Positions 8,901 to 18,977 are shown, counted from the first letter of the stretch. The stretch is 64,000 bases of DNA from an uncultured Clostridium sp. (GCA_947427035.1 CANEGK010000005.1:1-64000); one strand, 5' to 3'. Made by a program: numbers and translations. The notes: generated from the sequence alone by a model not told the origin.

Positions 8901-9698
8901 ATGAAAAAGCTTCAACGCATTGTCCTGTTTGTCCTGCTCGCCGGCCTGCTGGCCGCACCGGCTGTATACGCCGATTTGATTATTGAACCGCGCGGCGACT
9001 CTTTTTACAATACGCATGGCGCTGAGTGCAACTATTTATACCGTCAGTATACTACAAATGGCGTTTCGGGCTATGTCTCTTTTTATAAAAGCCCGCTGAA
9101 AAACACAGTGCAGGAAAATGTCTTCAACGGCGAAACCTTCTCCTGCTCCTTTCTCTACACCGATGAAAGCGGTGCGGTGTGGGGCGGCGTCAACGACGAC
9201 CAGAACTATTCGCTGCGCGGCTGGGTCCGTCTCAGCGACTGCGTTGCCGTGCCCGACTACCTCTCGTTTGCCGAAGCGCACCGGAGCGAGTTTATTTCCT
9301 ATGACGGCGCCTATGACGACACGCTGCATCAGGCCGATCGCGTTGTTTTGTGGAAGTACCCCGGCTCGGGCGTCATTATTTACGAAGCCGACAACGACTG
9401 GTTTGACGAAAAGGGCGCCGATTATTTTTCGCAGTGCTACCGCGACGGCGACGGGCGTTTTTGGGCTTATGTCGGTTACTGCTATGGCATTCGCAATACC
9501 TGGCTGTGCCTGAGCGACCCGCAAAGCACCGATATTCCCGCCGACCCGGACATTCTGCCCGCCGGGCCGGAGCTCATTCCGCCCGCCGGCGAACTCCCCG
9601 CGGCCGACCGCAGTTTCCCGCTGCTGGCTGCCGGGCTGACGCTGGGCGTTGTGTGCGGTACGGCCGTTCTCATCCGCGTTCTTTTTCGTCCGCAATAA
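8901..9698 (+). CDS. secreted cysteine-containing protein with signal peptide and C-terminal TM anchor
   Basis: AGGAGGG RBS. The signal peptide MKKLQRIVLFVLLAGLLAAPAVYA and the C-terminal hydrophobic segment LLAAGLTLGVVCGTAVLI are present. No family was recognised. Confidence 0.5.
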   Translation: MKKLQRIVLFVLLAGLLAAPAVYADLIIEPRGDSFYNTHGAECNYLYRQYTTNGVSGYVSFYKSPLKNTVQENVFNGETFSCSFLYTDESGAVWGGVNDDQNYSLRGWVRLSDCVAVPDYLSFAEAHRSEFISYDGAYDDTLHQADRVVLWKYPGSGVIIYEADNDWFDEKGADYFSQCYRDGDGRFWAYVGYCYGIRNTWLCLSDPQSTDIPADPDILPAGPELIPPAGELPAADRSFPLLAAGLTLGVVCGTAVLIRVLFRPQ

Positions 9699-9773
9699 AA
9701 ATGAAAACAGTGGCAAAGACGCCCCTAATAGGGTATACTGAAACGGGCGGCCATCGGCCGCACTGAAAGCGAG

Positions 9774-10424
9774 GTGCTGTCTTTGCGTAAAACTCCTGCC
9801 GGCTGCGGCCTTTTATTCTGGGGCTGCCTGTCCTCCATGTGCGGCTCCGCCCTGCTCGCTTACGCTCTCATTGCCCTGCATGGCGCCGCCCGCTGGCTGG
9901 CGCTGGCCGGCGCCGCGTTTTTTCTCGGCATGGCGGCCATGTGCCTGTATATCATCCGCCTGGCGCACAGGCTTCCGGACGCCGTGCCGCCGCCGACGTC
10001 CGTTCAGCCCTTTCCCGCAGCCGATTCGCTGACTTATGACGACGTTCTTTCCCGCCTGATGCCGTACATGGAATCGTATTTCACCGCGGCAAAAAATGCG
10101 CCGCACCTTATCCGGCTTTCCGCCCCGCCGCAGTTCGAGCGGCTCATCTGGCCCTGCTGGTTTATCGAGGTCGTCGACCGTTACGACGAGCAAAACTTCA
10201 GCGCGTTGCTGGCCGTCGACAAAACGGTCATCGACTTCATCTGCGACGGCCTTTTCAACCTTGGAATGGACGACGTCGTGCGCCGTCTGCAATATTATCG
10301 CGCTTCGGCCCCTGCGCTCGACGCCGAAGCCCGCGCATGGTTCCGCGCCGAAGCCCCCCATATGAAAGAGATCGTCGTACAGCATGTGCGCGAACACATC
10401 GACGAATACCAGCCCCCTGCCTGA
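9774..10424 (+). CDS. hypothetical protein with two N-terminal TM helices
   Basis: The ORF carries a weakly placed RBS. The start is ambiguous among the GTG at 9774, the TTG at 9783 and the ATG at 9838. Confidence 0.4.
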   Translation: MLSLRKTPAGCGLLFWGCLSSMCGSALLAYALIALHGAARWLALAGAAFFLGMAAMCLYIIRLAHRLPDAVPPPTSVQPFPAADSLTYDDVLSRLMPYMESYFTAAKNAPHLIRLSAPPQFERLIWPCWFIEVVDRYDEQNFSALLAVDKTVIDFICDGLFNLGMDDVVRRLQYYRASAPALDAEARAWFRAEAPHMKEIVVQHVREHIDEYQPPA

Positions 10425-10435
10425 AAACAGAGAAA

Positions 10436-10488
10436 AACCCTGCGGCAAAGCAGTGTCCCCACTGCCCTGTCCGCAGGGCTTTTTTATT
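10436..10488. terminator. bidirectional Rho-independent terminator between convergent genes
   Basis: Stem ccctgcgg/ccgcaggg followed by T6. Confidence 0.65.
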
Positions 10489-10505
10489 GCAGAAACGGCG
10501 TCCGG

Positions 10506-12113
10506 TTACTTTTTGCCGTGGATCAATCGCTTGCCAGCTTTGACGCCGGTCGCGGTGCCGTCTTCGACGGCCAGCTTGCCGTTGACCAGCACCCAGCGGA
10601 TGCCGGTGTTGGGCGCGAACGGATGCAGATAATCGTTGGTGTCGCCAATGGTATTCCAGTCAAATACGCAGATGTTGGCGTCATACCCTTCTCGCAAAAA
10701 GCCGATGCCCGGCACGCCGCAGATTTCGGCCGCCATGCCGGTCACGCGGTACACGGCCTTTTCCATAGGCATCATATTGTGCTCGCGCACCAGGCGCAGG
10801 TGGCGCGGCAGCGTGCTCATTCCGCGCGGGTGCGCGCCGCCCAGCTTATCGGGGCCGAACTTTTCCACCTCGTGCCACCAGTCGCTGCCCGCCGTAATGC
10901 GCGGGTGCGCCAGAATGCGCAGCATGTCCTCTTCGTTCTGCTGGAAGAAAGCCATATTGACGCGGCCGTCGTTTTTCTCGAGCAGGTCATAGGTCGTCTC
11001 GTGCGGGTCTTTTCCCCATTCGGCGGCGACGTCGGCCAGCGTTTTTCCGATGTATTCCGGCGTGTTGAGCGCGCCGAGGATCAGGCAGCCCTCGAACCCG
11101 CAGTCGCGCAAAAAGTTTTCGCCCGGCAGCCCGGCCTTGAGCACGGCCGTCACCTCGTCGCGGAAAGCGCGCTGCGCCAGCTTTTTGACGAAGGCGTCGG
11201 GCCCTTCGGTCATGTATTGCGGCGGCATGGCCGAAATCAGCCCGGTACAGCCGGCCAGATAAGGGTACTGGTCGCCGGTGACGCGCACGCCGCGCGCATT
11301 GGCCTCGTCGATCATTTTGAGCGTCTGCACCGATTTGCCCTGGTTTTGTTTTCCCGCCACCTTGTGGTGCGAAATATGGACCGGACACCCTGCCTTTTCG
11401 CCGATTTCAATGGCTTCGGTCACCGCTTCAATCAGTGTGTCGCCTTCGCCGCGGATGTGGCTGGTGTAAACGCCGCCGTACTGCGCCACCACTTTGGCCA
11501 GCTCGATCAGCTCGGGTGTCTTGCCGTAAATAGAAGGCGGGTAAATCAGGCCGGTCGACATGCCGACAAAGCCGTTTTTCATCGCTTCGGCGACAATGGC
11601 CTTCATCTGCTCGAGCTGTTCGGCCGTCGGCTCAGCGTCGGTGTGGCCCATCACGCGGGCACGCACACTGCCGTGGCCGAGCAGGAAGGCCATGTTGGTG
11701 CCCAGCTCCATCTGGTCGACATGGCGGCAGAAGGACGTGACATTGTCGCAGACCTTCATCATCTCTTCGCTGGGAAAGCTGCCGCCCGTCAGCATCTCGG
11801 TGTCGGCGAACACGCCCGGGTAGGACGGGGCCGGCGAGCTGCCGCACTGCCCTGCAATTTCACAGGTAATGCCCTGCTCCAGATAGTTATAGGCGCTCGT
11901 CCCCGCTAAAAAAGTGGTGTCGCCGTGCGAGTGGTTGTCAACAAAGCCGGGCGAAACAACCAGCCCTTCAGCGTCGAGCACACGGGTGGCCTCTTCGTCA
12001 ATGGCAGGGGCTATTTTGGCAATCTTCCCGTCTTTGACGGCGACGTCGGCGCGAAACGCCTTTTCCCCCGTGCCGTCAGCCACCAGGCCGTTTTTGATCA
12101 AGATGTCGTACAT
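10506..12113 (-). CDS. N-acyl-D-amino-acid deacylase (D-aminoacylase, amidohydrolase superfamily)
   Basis: The VDNHSHGD metal-binding motif is present and the overall architecture fits D-aminoacylase. AAGGAGG RBS. Confidence 0.8.
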   Translation of the reverse strand: MYDILIKNGLVADGTGEKAFRADVAVKDGKIAKIAPAIDEEATRVLDAEGLVVSPGFVDNHSHGDTTFLAGTSAYNYLEQGITCEIAGQCGSSPAPSYPGVFADTEMLTGGSFPSEEMMKVCDNVTSFCRHVDQMELGTNMAFLLGHGSVRARVMGHTDAEPTAEQLEQMKAIVAEAMKNGFVGMSTGLIYPPSIYGKTPELIELAKVVAQYGGVYTSHIRGEGDTLIEAVTEAIEIGEKAGCPVHISHHKVAGKQNQGKSVQTLKMIDEANARGVRVTGDQYPYLAGCTGLISAMPPQYMTEGPDAFVKKLAQRAFRDEVTAVLKAGLPGENFLRDCGFEGCLILGALNTPEYIGKTLADVAAEWGKDPHETTYDLLEKNDGRVNMAFFQQNEEDMLRILAHPRITAGSDWWHEVEKFGPDKLGGAHPRGMSTLPRHLRLVREHNMMPMEKAVYRVTGMAAEICGVPGIGFLREGYDANICVFDWNTIGDTNDYLHPFAPNTGIRWVLVNGKLAVEDGTATGVKAGKRLIHGKK

Positions 12114-12148
12114 ACGCTTCCTCCTTTATTACCGGGCCAGAGCCCGTT

Positions 12149-12721
12149 TTAATACCAGATATCTGCCAGCATGGCGCGGCCGCGCGGCTCTGCATAAAAG
12201 CGGCCGCGGCTGTCCTGTCCCGCCGACAGACGCAGGCAGCCGCCCGCCGGCACAATGCAGCCGCCGTCATCCCAGCGCGCCATGACGGGGTCGGCCGCAT
12301 ACAGCAGGTGGGCGCTGTGCGCAAAGCCGGGGCGGCGCTCCAGCGAGATCTCCCCTTCATGCAGCGGCCGCACTTCGCCCTCGCACCGACCCTTGCGCAG
12401 CATCAGGTTGAAATCGACGGCGCAGCCGCGGCTTTCGACCCGCACGCCGCCGTCAAACCGGTAGGGCTCGCCCGGCCGCAGAACGATATGCCCGGCATTT
12501 TCCACATCGAGCGCCAGCTCGCCGCCCAGCAGCGCGATGATTCGGTTGTAATCGGGCAGGCTGGTGAAGACCGAGCTTTCGCACTCGACCGTGGCCGAGC
12601 TGAGACGCCACAGAAAATCGCGGCGCTGGTACGAGCCTTCGGGCGGCCACAGGGCGATTTCCGCCGTCTGGCCGCCGCTCCAGCGGCTGATTCGCGGCAA
12701 AGGCAGCAGCTGCGCCTTCAT
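12149..12721 (-). CDS. HutD/Ves-family protein
   Basis: The RWSGGQTAEI motif resembles the HutD WKNGGG.T.EI signature. Its start overlaps the stop of the upstream Sir2 gene by 4 bp. Confidence 0.5.
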   Translation of the reverse strand: MKAQLLPLPRISRWSGGQTAEIALWPPEGSYQRRDFLWRLSSATVECESSVFTSLPDYNRIIALLGGELALDVENAGHIVLRPGEPYRFDGGVRVESRGCAVDFNLMLRKGRCEGEVRPLHEGEISLERRPGFAHSAHLLYAADPVMARWDDGGCIVPAGGCLRLSAGQDSRGRFYAEPRGRAMLADIWY

Positions 12722-13434
12722 TCTGCATCCACCCCCAGCACATCGCCGATTTTGTCGGTGATCACCAAATCGGCGCGGCCGCTGACGCGCGTCGGCTCGC
12801 GGTTGATGAGCACCAGCCGGTCGCCGCGGTAGTAATCGACCAGGGCGGCCGCCGGCCAGACGACGAGCGAAGTCCCGCCGACGATGAGCATGTCGGCCTG
12901 CATAATGGCTTCGACAGCCTCCTGCAACACATTCTGATCCAGCGCTTCCTCATACAGCACCACATCGGGCTTAATGATTCCGCCGCAATGGCAGCGCGGC
13001 ACGCCGGCCGAGTTTTTGATAAACTGCGCGTCGTAAAACGCGCCGCATTTTTGACAGTAATTGCGGTGCACCGAACCGTGCAGCTCCAGCACCTTTTTGC
13101 TGCCCGCCGCCTGATGCAGTCCGTCGATATTCTGGGTGACGACGGCGGTCAGCTTCCCCTCGCGCTCCAGCGCCGCCAGCCTGCGGTGCGCGGCGTTGGG
13201 CAATGCGTCGAGCGCCAGCATTTTTTCACGGTAAAAGCGGAAAAAGGTCTCGGGCTCGCGCACAAAGAAGCCGTGGCTCAGGATGGTTTCGGGCGGCACG
13301 TCATAGCTCTGGCTATACAGCCCGTCCACACTGCGGAAATCGGGAATGCCCGACTCGGTGCTGACGCCCGCGCCGCCGAAAAATACAATGCGTTCGCTCT
13401 TCTCAATCCATTTTTCCAGCGTCTGATGCATCAC
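12718..13434 (-). CDS. cobB: NAD-dependent protein deacylase, Sir2 family
   Basis: The GAGVSTESGIPDFRS motif and a Zn-ribbon (CxxC...CxC) are present. Confidence 0.9.
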   Translation of the reverse strand: MMHQTLEKWIEKSERIVFFGGAGVSTESGIPDFRSVDGLYSQSYDVPPETILSHGFFVREPETFFRFYREKMLALDALPNAAHRRLAALEREGKLTAVVTQNIDGLHQAAGSKKVLELHGSVHRNYCQKCGAFYDAQFIKNSAGVPRCHCGGIIKPDVVLYEEALDQNVLQEAVEAIMQADMLIVGGTSLVVWPAAALVDYYRGDRLVLINREPTRVSGRADLVITDKIGDVLGVDAE

Positions 13435-14123
13435 AGATCCCCCTTCAAAACGTCAATGAACTGCGCAAGCCGCTCGATGCGGAAATCATACGCGCCGGGC
13501 GGCGCGGACTTTTCCCGGTCGGGACAGTACCAGCAGGCGGCGACGCCGGCGGCGCGCGCGCCCTTCATGTCGCTGGTCAGGCTGTCGCCCAGCAAAACCG
13601 CATCTTCACGCCGTACAGGGCCGATGGCGGCGAACACCTTGTCAAAAAAAGCAGCCGACGGCTTTTGCACGCCCAGCTCGTGCGAGATAAAGGACGCTTC
13701 AAAAAAGCCGTCCAGCCCGGCCTTTTTCAGCCGCTGCCGCTGCACCGGCCCCACCCCGTTGGTGACGATGAACAGCCGCGCCAGGTGCGACGCCTGTTCC
13801 AGCATCTGGCGCGCGCCGTCTGTGGGAAAGGCCTGCGTGCCCAATGAATCCATATAACAGCTGTTGATGCCGGGCGGCAGCGGGCGCGAAAGCTCGCGGA
13901 AAAGCTGCGTAAACCGCTCTTCCCACAGGCCCTGACGGTCGATTTCCCCCTTTTCCAGGCGCTTCCACAGCGCGTCGTTGATTGCATGGTAGCGCGCGGC
14001 GACCCCGTCGTCAAACGGGACGCCCGACGCCGCAAACGCCTCGGCCAGCGCCGCCTTCTCCGCACGGCCAAAGTCCAAAAGGGTGTCGTCCACGTCGAGC
14101 AGCGCAATGCGGTAGCGCATCAT
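13431..14123 (-). CDS. HAD-superfamily hydrolase (YjjG-like nucleotidase subfamily)
   Basis: The DVDDTLLDF motif I is present. The start was re-placed at MMRYR, after a GGGAGGGG RBS. It overlaps the Sir2 start by 4 bp. Confidence 0.8.
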   Translation of the reverse strand: MMRYRIALLDVDDTLLDFGRAEKAALAEAFAASGVPFDDGVAARYHAINDALWKRLEKGEIDRQGLWEERFTQLFRELSRPLPPGINSCYMDSLGTQAFPTDGARQMLEQASHLARLFIVTNGVGPVQRQRLKKAGLDGFFEASFISHELGVQKPSAAFFDKVFAAIGPVRREDAVLLGDSLTSDMKGARAAGVAACWYCPDREKSAPPGAYDFRIERLAQFIDVLKGDL

Positions 14124-14270
14124 TTCCCCTCCCGCCCGGTTTTTCATCATAATTACAGTATACCATAAGCGCGGCGTAAAAGCGATGTTTTTATATAAAC
14201 CGCGCTGCACACCGCAAATCAAAAGCACGGAGAAGCGCCCGCTCCCCCGTGCTTTGTTTTTACCCGCAGG

Positions 14271-15029
14271 CTACAGCAAATCCTTTACATCATTGGCCGT
14301 CGCCCGCAGGCGGAACACAATGCTCATCTTTTTCTCCAGTATCCGCTCCCTGGGGCCGGAAACGCTGATGGCCGCCACCGGCTGGCCGGCCTGATCCAGA
14401 ACGGGCACGGCGATGCTCATCAGGCCGATTTCCGACATCTGGTCGTTGACCGCATATTTGTCCCGCCGGATCTCCTCGACCGCCTGGCGAAGCGCGTCAG
14501 GCGTTGTGATGGTGTGCCCGGTGATTTCCGTAAAGGTGACATGCTCGATATAATCATCCAGCTCGGCGTCGGTTTTCTGGGCCAGCAGGGCCAGCCCCGT
14601 GCTGCTGGTATGCGGATATTTGGCAAGGCCCAGATAGGTGTCGGCCTGCATGGTGGCATACGGAAAGGTCTTGTCGATCAGAATGACATGGTAATCGTCA
14701 GCCCAGACGACCAGCTGTACGCTTTCCTGCAAAACCGCGGCCAGATTATACATGTGCGGCCGGAATACCCGCACCAGGTTGGAGCGAAAAAAGGCCGAAT
14801 TGCCCAGTACCAGAAGCCGCAGCCCCAAAATATACTGCCCGTTGTCCCGCTTGACCAGATACCCGTGGTGCGCCAGCGTGGCCACCGTGCGGAACACCGT
14901 GCTGCGGTTGAGCCCCAGCAAATCGGAAATCTGCTGGAGCGACAGGCTGGGCTTTGTGCCGAACAGATTCAGAATTCTCAGGGCATTGTCCACCGACTGG
15001 AGAATGTATTTTTCATTATTCTGCGCCAT
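14271..15029 (-). CDS. IclR-family transcriptional regulator
   Basis: An N-terminal winged HTH (LSLQQISDLLGLNRSTVFR) and a C-terminal IclR effector domain. It is divergent from the 15257 operon. Confidence 0.9.
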   Translation of the reverse strand: MAQNNEKYILQSVDNALRILNLFGTKPSLSLQQISDLLGLNRSTVFRTVATLAHHGYLVKRDNGQYILGLRLLVLGNSAFFRSNLVRVFRPHMYNLAAVLQESVQLVVWADDYHVILIDKTFPYATMQADTYLGLAKYPHTSSTGLALLAQKTDAELDDYIEHVTFTEITGHTITTPDALRQAVEEIRRDKYAVNDQMSEIGLMSIAVPVLDQAGQPVAAISVSGPRERILEKKMSIVFRLRATANDVKDLL

Positions 15030-15256
15030 TTTTCGCTCTACTTTCCTGTTTAGACATGGCTTTATTATATCCGCTTTCCCCCTTTATTGCAAGATAAACA
15101 GCACTTTTAGCCTTGTAGCCGCCGGAGTGTTCAAAAGCTGTGACAAAATTTTGTCGATTTTGCGCATTTACTTTTTGGATGCGTCGGTGTATTCTTTATA
15201 TAAATTATATATTCGTATAGAGAAATATTAATTCTTAAAACGAGCGAGGTATTCTT

Positions 15257-16333
15257 ATGACGCAAAGAACGGTATTTATTACAGACGACTTTGATTTGCC
15301 TGAGACCATGGACGCCATCAGCGAGCGGTTGGCTGCGCAGGGAATCAACGTCATCCGCGGCCCCAAGACCATCAAGGGCCAAAAGCTGGTCTATCCTGCC
15401 GAAAGGCTGAACGAGCTTTTTGGCCGCGCCGACGTCGCCGTGTTCAGCTCGCGCTCCATCTGCTCCAAAGAGGTCATCATGGCGGCGCCCAGGCTGCGCG
15501 GCATCGTCGCCCCCACCATCGGCACTGAAACCATCGACGTCAAGACGGCCAGCGAGCTGGGCATCATCGTGGGCAACGGCGCTATTCCGGAAAATTACAT
15601 CAGCGTGGCGGAATCGACCGTTTTGCTCATGCTCATGCTGCTGTACGACCCCAACCGCACGGCGGCCATCCTGCGTGAAAACAGGCCCAAGCCCGGCGAA
15701 TCCCAGCACTGGGCCAAAATGATGCGGGGCCGCACCATCGGCTTTGTCGGCTTTGGGCGCATCGCGCGCAATGTCGCGCAGCGGCTTCAGGGCTGGGACG
15801 TCAACCTCATCGCCTATGACATCAAGCCGCCCGCAGAAATGCCCTTCGGCGTCAAACTGGTCGATCTCGATACCCTGTACCGCACCAGCGACATTGTCGG
15901 GCTGTTCGTCGTCGTCAACGACGAAACCCGCGGGATGATAAGCGAGCGGGCGCTGTCGCTCATGAAGCCCGACGCCTACCTGGTCAACACGGCCCGCGGG
16001 GCGCTGGTCGACGAAGCCGCGCTGGTTCGCGCGCTGGAAAACAGGCAGATCGCCGGCGCTGCGCTCGACACCTTCCAGTCCGAGCCGCTGCCCGCCGACA
16101 GCCCGCTGCGCAGGTTCGACAACGTCTTCCTGACCCCGCACATGATAGGCCACACACAGGACGTTTACGCCATTCGCCCGGGCAACCCCTTCCCCGACGC
16201 CACCTGTTTTTCCGATACGGCCGTCGGCAACATTCTCAGCATTTTGAACGGCGAGCCTCCCAAATACTGCGTCAACCCCGATGTCATACCCCTGTTCAAA
16301 GAGCGGTGCAGCCGTCTGGACGCTTCGCTTTAA
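15257..16333 (+). CDS. D-isomer-specific 2-hydroxyacid dehydrogenase family, NAD-binding
   Basis: The GFVGFGRIARNVAQRL segment is a GxGxxG Rossmann motif. A catalytic-domain His is seen (TPHMIGHT). Confidence 0.85.
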   Translation: MTQRTVFITDDFDLPETMDAISERLAAQGINVIRGPKTIKGQKLVYPAERLNELFGRADVAVFSSRSICSKEVIMAAPRLRGIVAPTIGTETIDVKTASELGIIVGNGAIPENYISVAESTVLLMLMLLYDPNRTAAILRENRPKPGESQHWAKMMRGRTIGFVGFGRIARNVAQRLQGWDVNLIAYDIKPPAEMPFGVKLVDLDTLYRTSDIVGLFVVVNDETRGMISERALSLMKPDAYLVNTARGALVDEAALVRALENRQIAGAALDTFQSEPLPADSPLRRFDNVFLTPHMIGHTQDVYAIRPGNPFPDATCFSDTAVGNILSILNGEPPKYCVNPDVIPLFKERCSRLDASL

Positions 16334-16363
16334 AATATAAGCAACGAAAGAGAGGAAATCACT

Positions 16364-17548
16364 ATGCTTTACGATCGCCATGCTCCCATCGTTTCCCCCA
16401 CCTCGCACGCCGAATTTGACCGCCGCCGCGCCGCCGTGCAGGCCGAGCTCAAAAAACTTGATGTTGACTGCGTCCTTCTGTACTCCAGCTATCTGCGCCA
16501 AAGCGGCGGACTGCGCTATTTTCTCGACTTCCCCACCTGCGGCACCAACGCCGCCTTTGCCATTCTGCCTGCCGAAGGTGATTTGAGCGTTTTCGGCCAC
16601 GGCTTCCAGGGCGGCACGACGGTGCCCAAAAACCTGGCCTACAAGCTGGAGGAAAACTTCGGCTACCCGTATGCCTGCGTCATGAACGTCACCCTGCCGC
16701 ACCTGTTTGAAGGGGTCGTTAAGTATGTGAAAAAGCACAACTTCCACAAAATCGGCCTGTACCGCAAAGGTCTGCTGCCTTACGCCTTTGTGCAAAGCGT
16801 TGTGGAAAACTGTGAAAATGTCAGCATTATCGACTGCGACGACGCCATCGACCACGTCATGGCTATCAAGAGCCCCGAAGAGCTCGAGCACCTGCGCGCG
16901 GTGTGCGAACTGCACGACAACGTCTACGGCGCGCTCAAAGCGCTGGTACGCCCCGGCAAGCGTGAAAAGGACCTGGCCAACGAAATCCGCGACCTGTGCT
17001 TCAAGATGGACTGCGAGGAGACCAACATCATGATAGGCGCCGGCAACCCCGTCGCCCACCACACCCACTATCCGTTCCAGACCAAGGAGATTCGGGAAAA
17101 CGATTTCCTCGACCTGCTGGTCGAGGTCGGCGGCCCCGGCAACTATTACGGCGAGCTGTCCCGCATGTGGGCGCTGGGCGAGCCGTCCGATGAGCTTGTG
17201 CGCGTCAACAACGACTGCCTGAAGATTCAGGACATTTTGCAGGAAACGGCCCGGCCCGGCGTTCCCGCCCGCCACATGATGGAAGTCCTTCTCGACTTCC
17301 AGAAGGAAAACGGCTACAAGCCGGAAGGCCGCTTCTTTGGCCACAGCCAGGGCGTCGACTTGACGCAGCGTCCCGTGTTCCGCCTGGAAGAAACCATGCT
17401 GCTGGAGGAAAACATGTTCATCTCCATCCACCCCGCCCTTGAAACGCTGGACGGCAGCATGTGGGTCATGAACACCGACAACTACATCATCACAAAAGAC
17501 GGCACAGAGCGCATCAACAAGACGCCGCGCGGCATTTTCCGCCCGTAA
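16364..17548 (+). CDS. M24-family metallopeptidase (Xaa-Pro peptidase/creatinase-like)
   Basis: A pita-bread fold signature with HGxGxxxHE-like residues (FGHSQGVDLTQRP; EENMFISIHP). Confidence 0.75.
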   Translation: MLYDRHAPIVSPTSHAEFDRRRAAVQAELKKLDVDCVLLYSSYLRQSGGLRYFLDFPTCGTNAAFAILPAEGDLSVFGHGFQGGTTVPKNLAYKLEENFGYPYACVMNVTLPHLFEGVVKYVKKHNFHKIGLYRKGLLPYAFVQSVVENCENVSIIDCDDAIDHVMAIKSPEELEHLRAVCELHDNVYGALKALVRPGKREKDLANEIRDLCFKMDCEETNIMIGAGNPVAHHTHYPFQTKEIRENDFLDLLVEVGGPGNYYGELSRMWALGEPSDELVRVNNDCLKIQDILQETARPGVPARHMMEVLLDFQKENGYKPEGRFFGHSQGVDLTQRPVFRLEETMLLEENMFISIHPALETLDGSMWVMNTDNYIITKDGTERINKTPRGIFRP

Positions 17549-17596
17549 CGGCCGGCGGCGCAGTTAACTTTTCCATATTAATACGAGGTGCTGAAC

Positions 17597-18919
17597 ATGA
17601 TCACATCCGTTCCCATCATTTCTCTGCTGCTGGTTTTGTTCTTTGTCGCAGCGATTGTCATTGCATTTGTCCGCAAGGTCAACGTCGGCATTGTCGGCCT
17701 GGCCTTTGCCATCATCCTGGCCGCGCTCACCGGCCTGAAATTCAACAACATCGTCTCTGCCTTCCCTGCATCCGTCGTCATCACCATTTTCTCTGTGACG
17801 CTCTTTTTCGGCTATTTCGCCGAAAACGGCACCATCGAGTACATGGCCAATGCCATCATGCACCGCTTCTGCAAAAACTCCAAGCTGATTCCCTATGCGT
17901 TTTTCCTCATGGCCATGCTGCTGGCGGCCGTCGGCGGGTGCGATATGGTTGTCTTTTCGGCCGCCGTCACCTTCCCCATCGGAAAGGCCGCCGGCATGAA
18001 GGCGCACCAGACCGGCTGCACCACCATGCTGGGCTCCATGCTCGGCTCCTTCCTGCCCTGGTCGCTGCACGGCTCCACCGCCAAATCCATCATCGAGACG
18101 ATGAACGACGGCTACTGGGCCGAGTCGGCCAACACCATTGCATGGGGCACGTGGCTGAGCGCCCTAGCACTATATCTCATCATCGTCACCGTCTGCTACT
18201 TTGCTTTCAAAAGCTATAAGCTGGCCGACGTTGAAATGAAAAAGCCCGAACCCGCCACCCCGGTTCAGAAGAAAAGCCTGGTTATCATTCTCATCGCCTT
18301 CTGCTTTATCGTCATCGTCCCCATTCTGAAGAATGTAATCGGCGGCGCTTTCCTGGGCACGGTCAGCAAATTCTGCGGCGTCGCGCCCGTCTGCCTGATC
18401 GGCGCGCTGGTCAATACCATTTTGAAAATCGGCAACGAAAAGGACGTCATGAAAAAGCGCATTCCCTGGAATACCATCACCATGCTGTTTGGCATGGGGA
18501 TGCTTTTAGGGCTTGGTTCTGTCCTGGGTGTCAACGACTACCTGGGCGAGCTTGCGCAGCAGCTGCCCGCATCAGCCGTCGTTTTGTTCTTTGTTCTGCT
18601 GGCCGGCGGTATGAGCCTGTTCTCCAGCAGCCTGAGCGTCGTCTACCCGACGTTGCTGCCCCTGGCCGGCGCTCTGGCCATGACGGGCGCTGTCAACCCG
18701 GTCGCCGTTATGGCCGGCGTCGTCATCGGTTCGGCGACGACCGCCATGAGTCCGCTGTCCACGGCCGGCGGCCTTCTGCTTTCCGGCTGCCCCGACAGCA
18801 TTGCCGAGGGCAACGAGATCTTCAACAAAATGCTCATGATGGCCGTCCTCTGCATGGCCGCTCTGGCTGTGGCGGCACTGCTTGGCATGTTCGGCCTGTG
18901 GGGCCTTATCCGCGTATAA
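17597..18919 (+). CDS. ion-transporter-superfamily permease (CitMHS/DASS/ArsB-like)
   Basis: A protein of about 440 aa with roughly 12 TM helices and an internally repeated topology. The RBS is ACGAGGTG. Confidence 0.55.
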   Translation: MITSVPIISLLLVLFFVAAIVIAFVRKVNVGIVGLAFAIILAALTGLKFNNIVSAFPASVVITIFSVTLFFGYFAENGTIEYMANAIMHRFCKNSKLIPYAFFLMAMLLAAVGGCDMVVFSAAVTFPIGKAAGMKAHQTGCTTMLGSMLGSFLPWSLHGSTAKSIIETMNDGYWAESANTIAWGTWLSALALYLIIVTVCYFAFKSYKLADVEMKKPEPATPVQKKSLVIILIAFCFIVIVPILKNVIGGAFLGTVSKFCGVAPVCLIGALVNTILKIGNEKDVMKKRIPWNTITMLFGMGMLLGLGSVLGVNDYLGELAQQLPASAVVLFFVLLAGGMSLFSSSLSVVYPTLLPLAGALAMTGAVNPVAVMAGVVIGSATTAMSPLSTAGGLLLSGCPDSIAEGNEIFNKMLMMAVLCMAALAVAALLGMFGLWGLIRV

Positions 18920-18946
18920 CCGGCAGTTTCACGCAGCGCAGCAAAA

Positions 18947-18977
18947 ACGGCATGGCCGCTGGCCATGCCGTTTTTGC
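18947..18977 (+). terminator. Rho-independent terminator (copy 1 of a duplicated hairpin)
   Basis: cggcatggccgctggccatgccg followed by TTTTT. The identical 27 nt recur at 19108. Confidence 0.75.

Noticed and set aside
10518-11909. 463-aa plus-strand ORF
   Set aside because: It is antisense to the D-aminoacylase gene.
15131-17431. 766-aa minus-strand ORF
   Set aside because: It is antisense to the 2-hydroxyacid dehydrogenase and M24 peptidase genes. It has no homology signal and no RBS.
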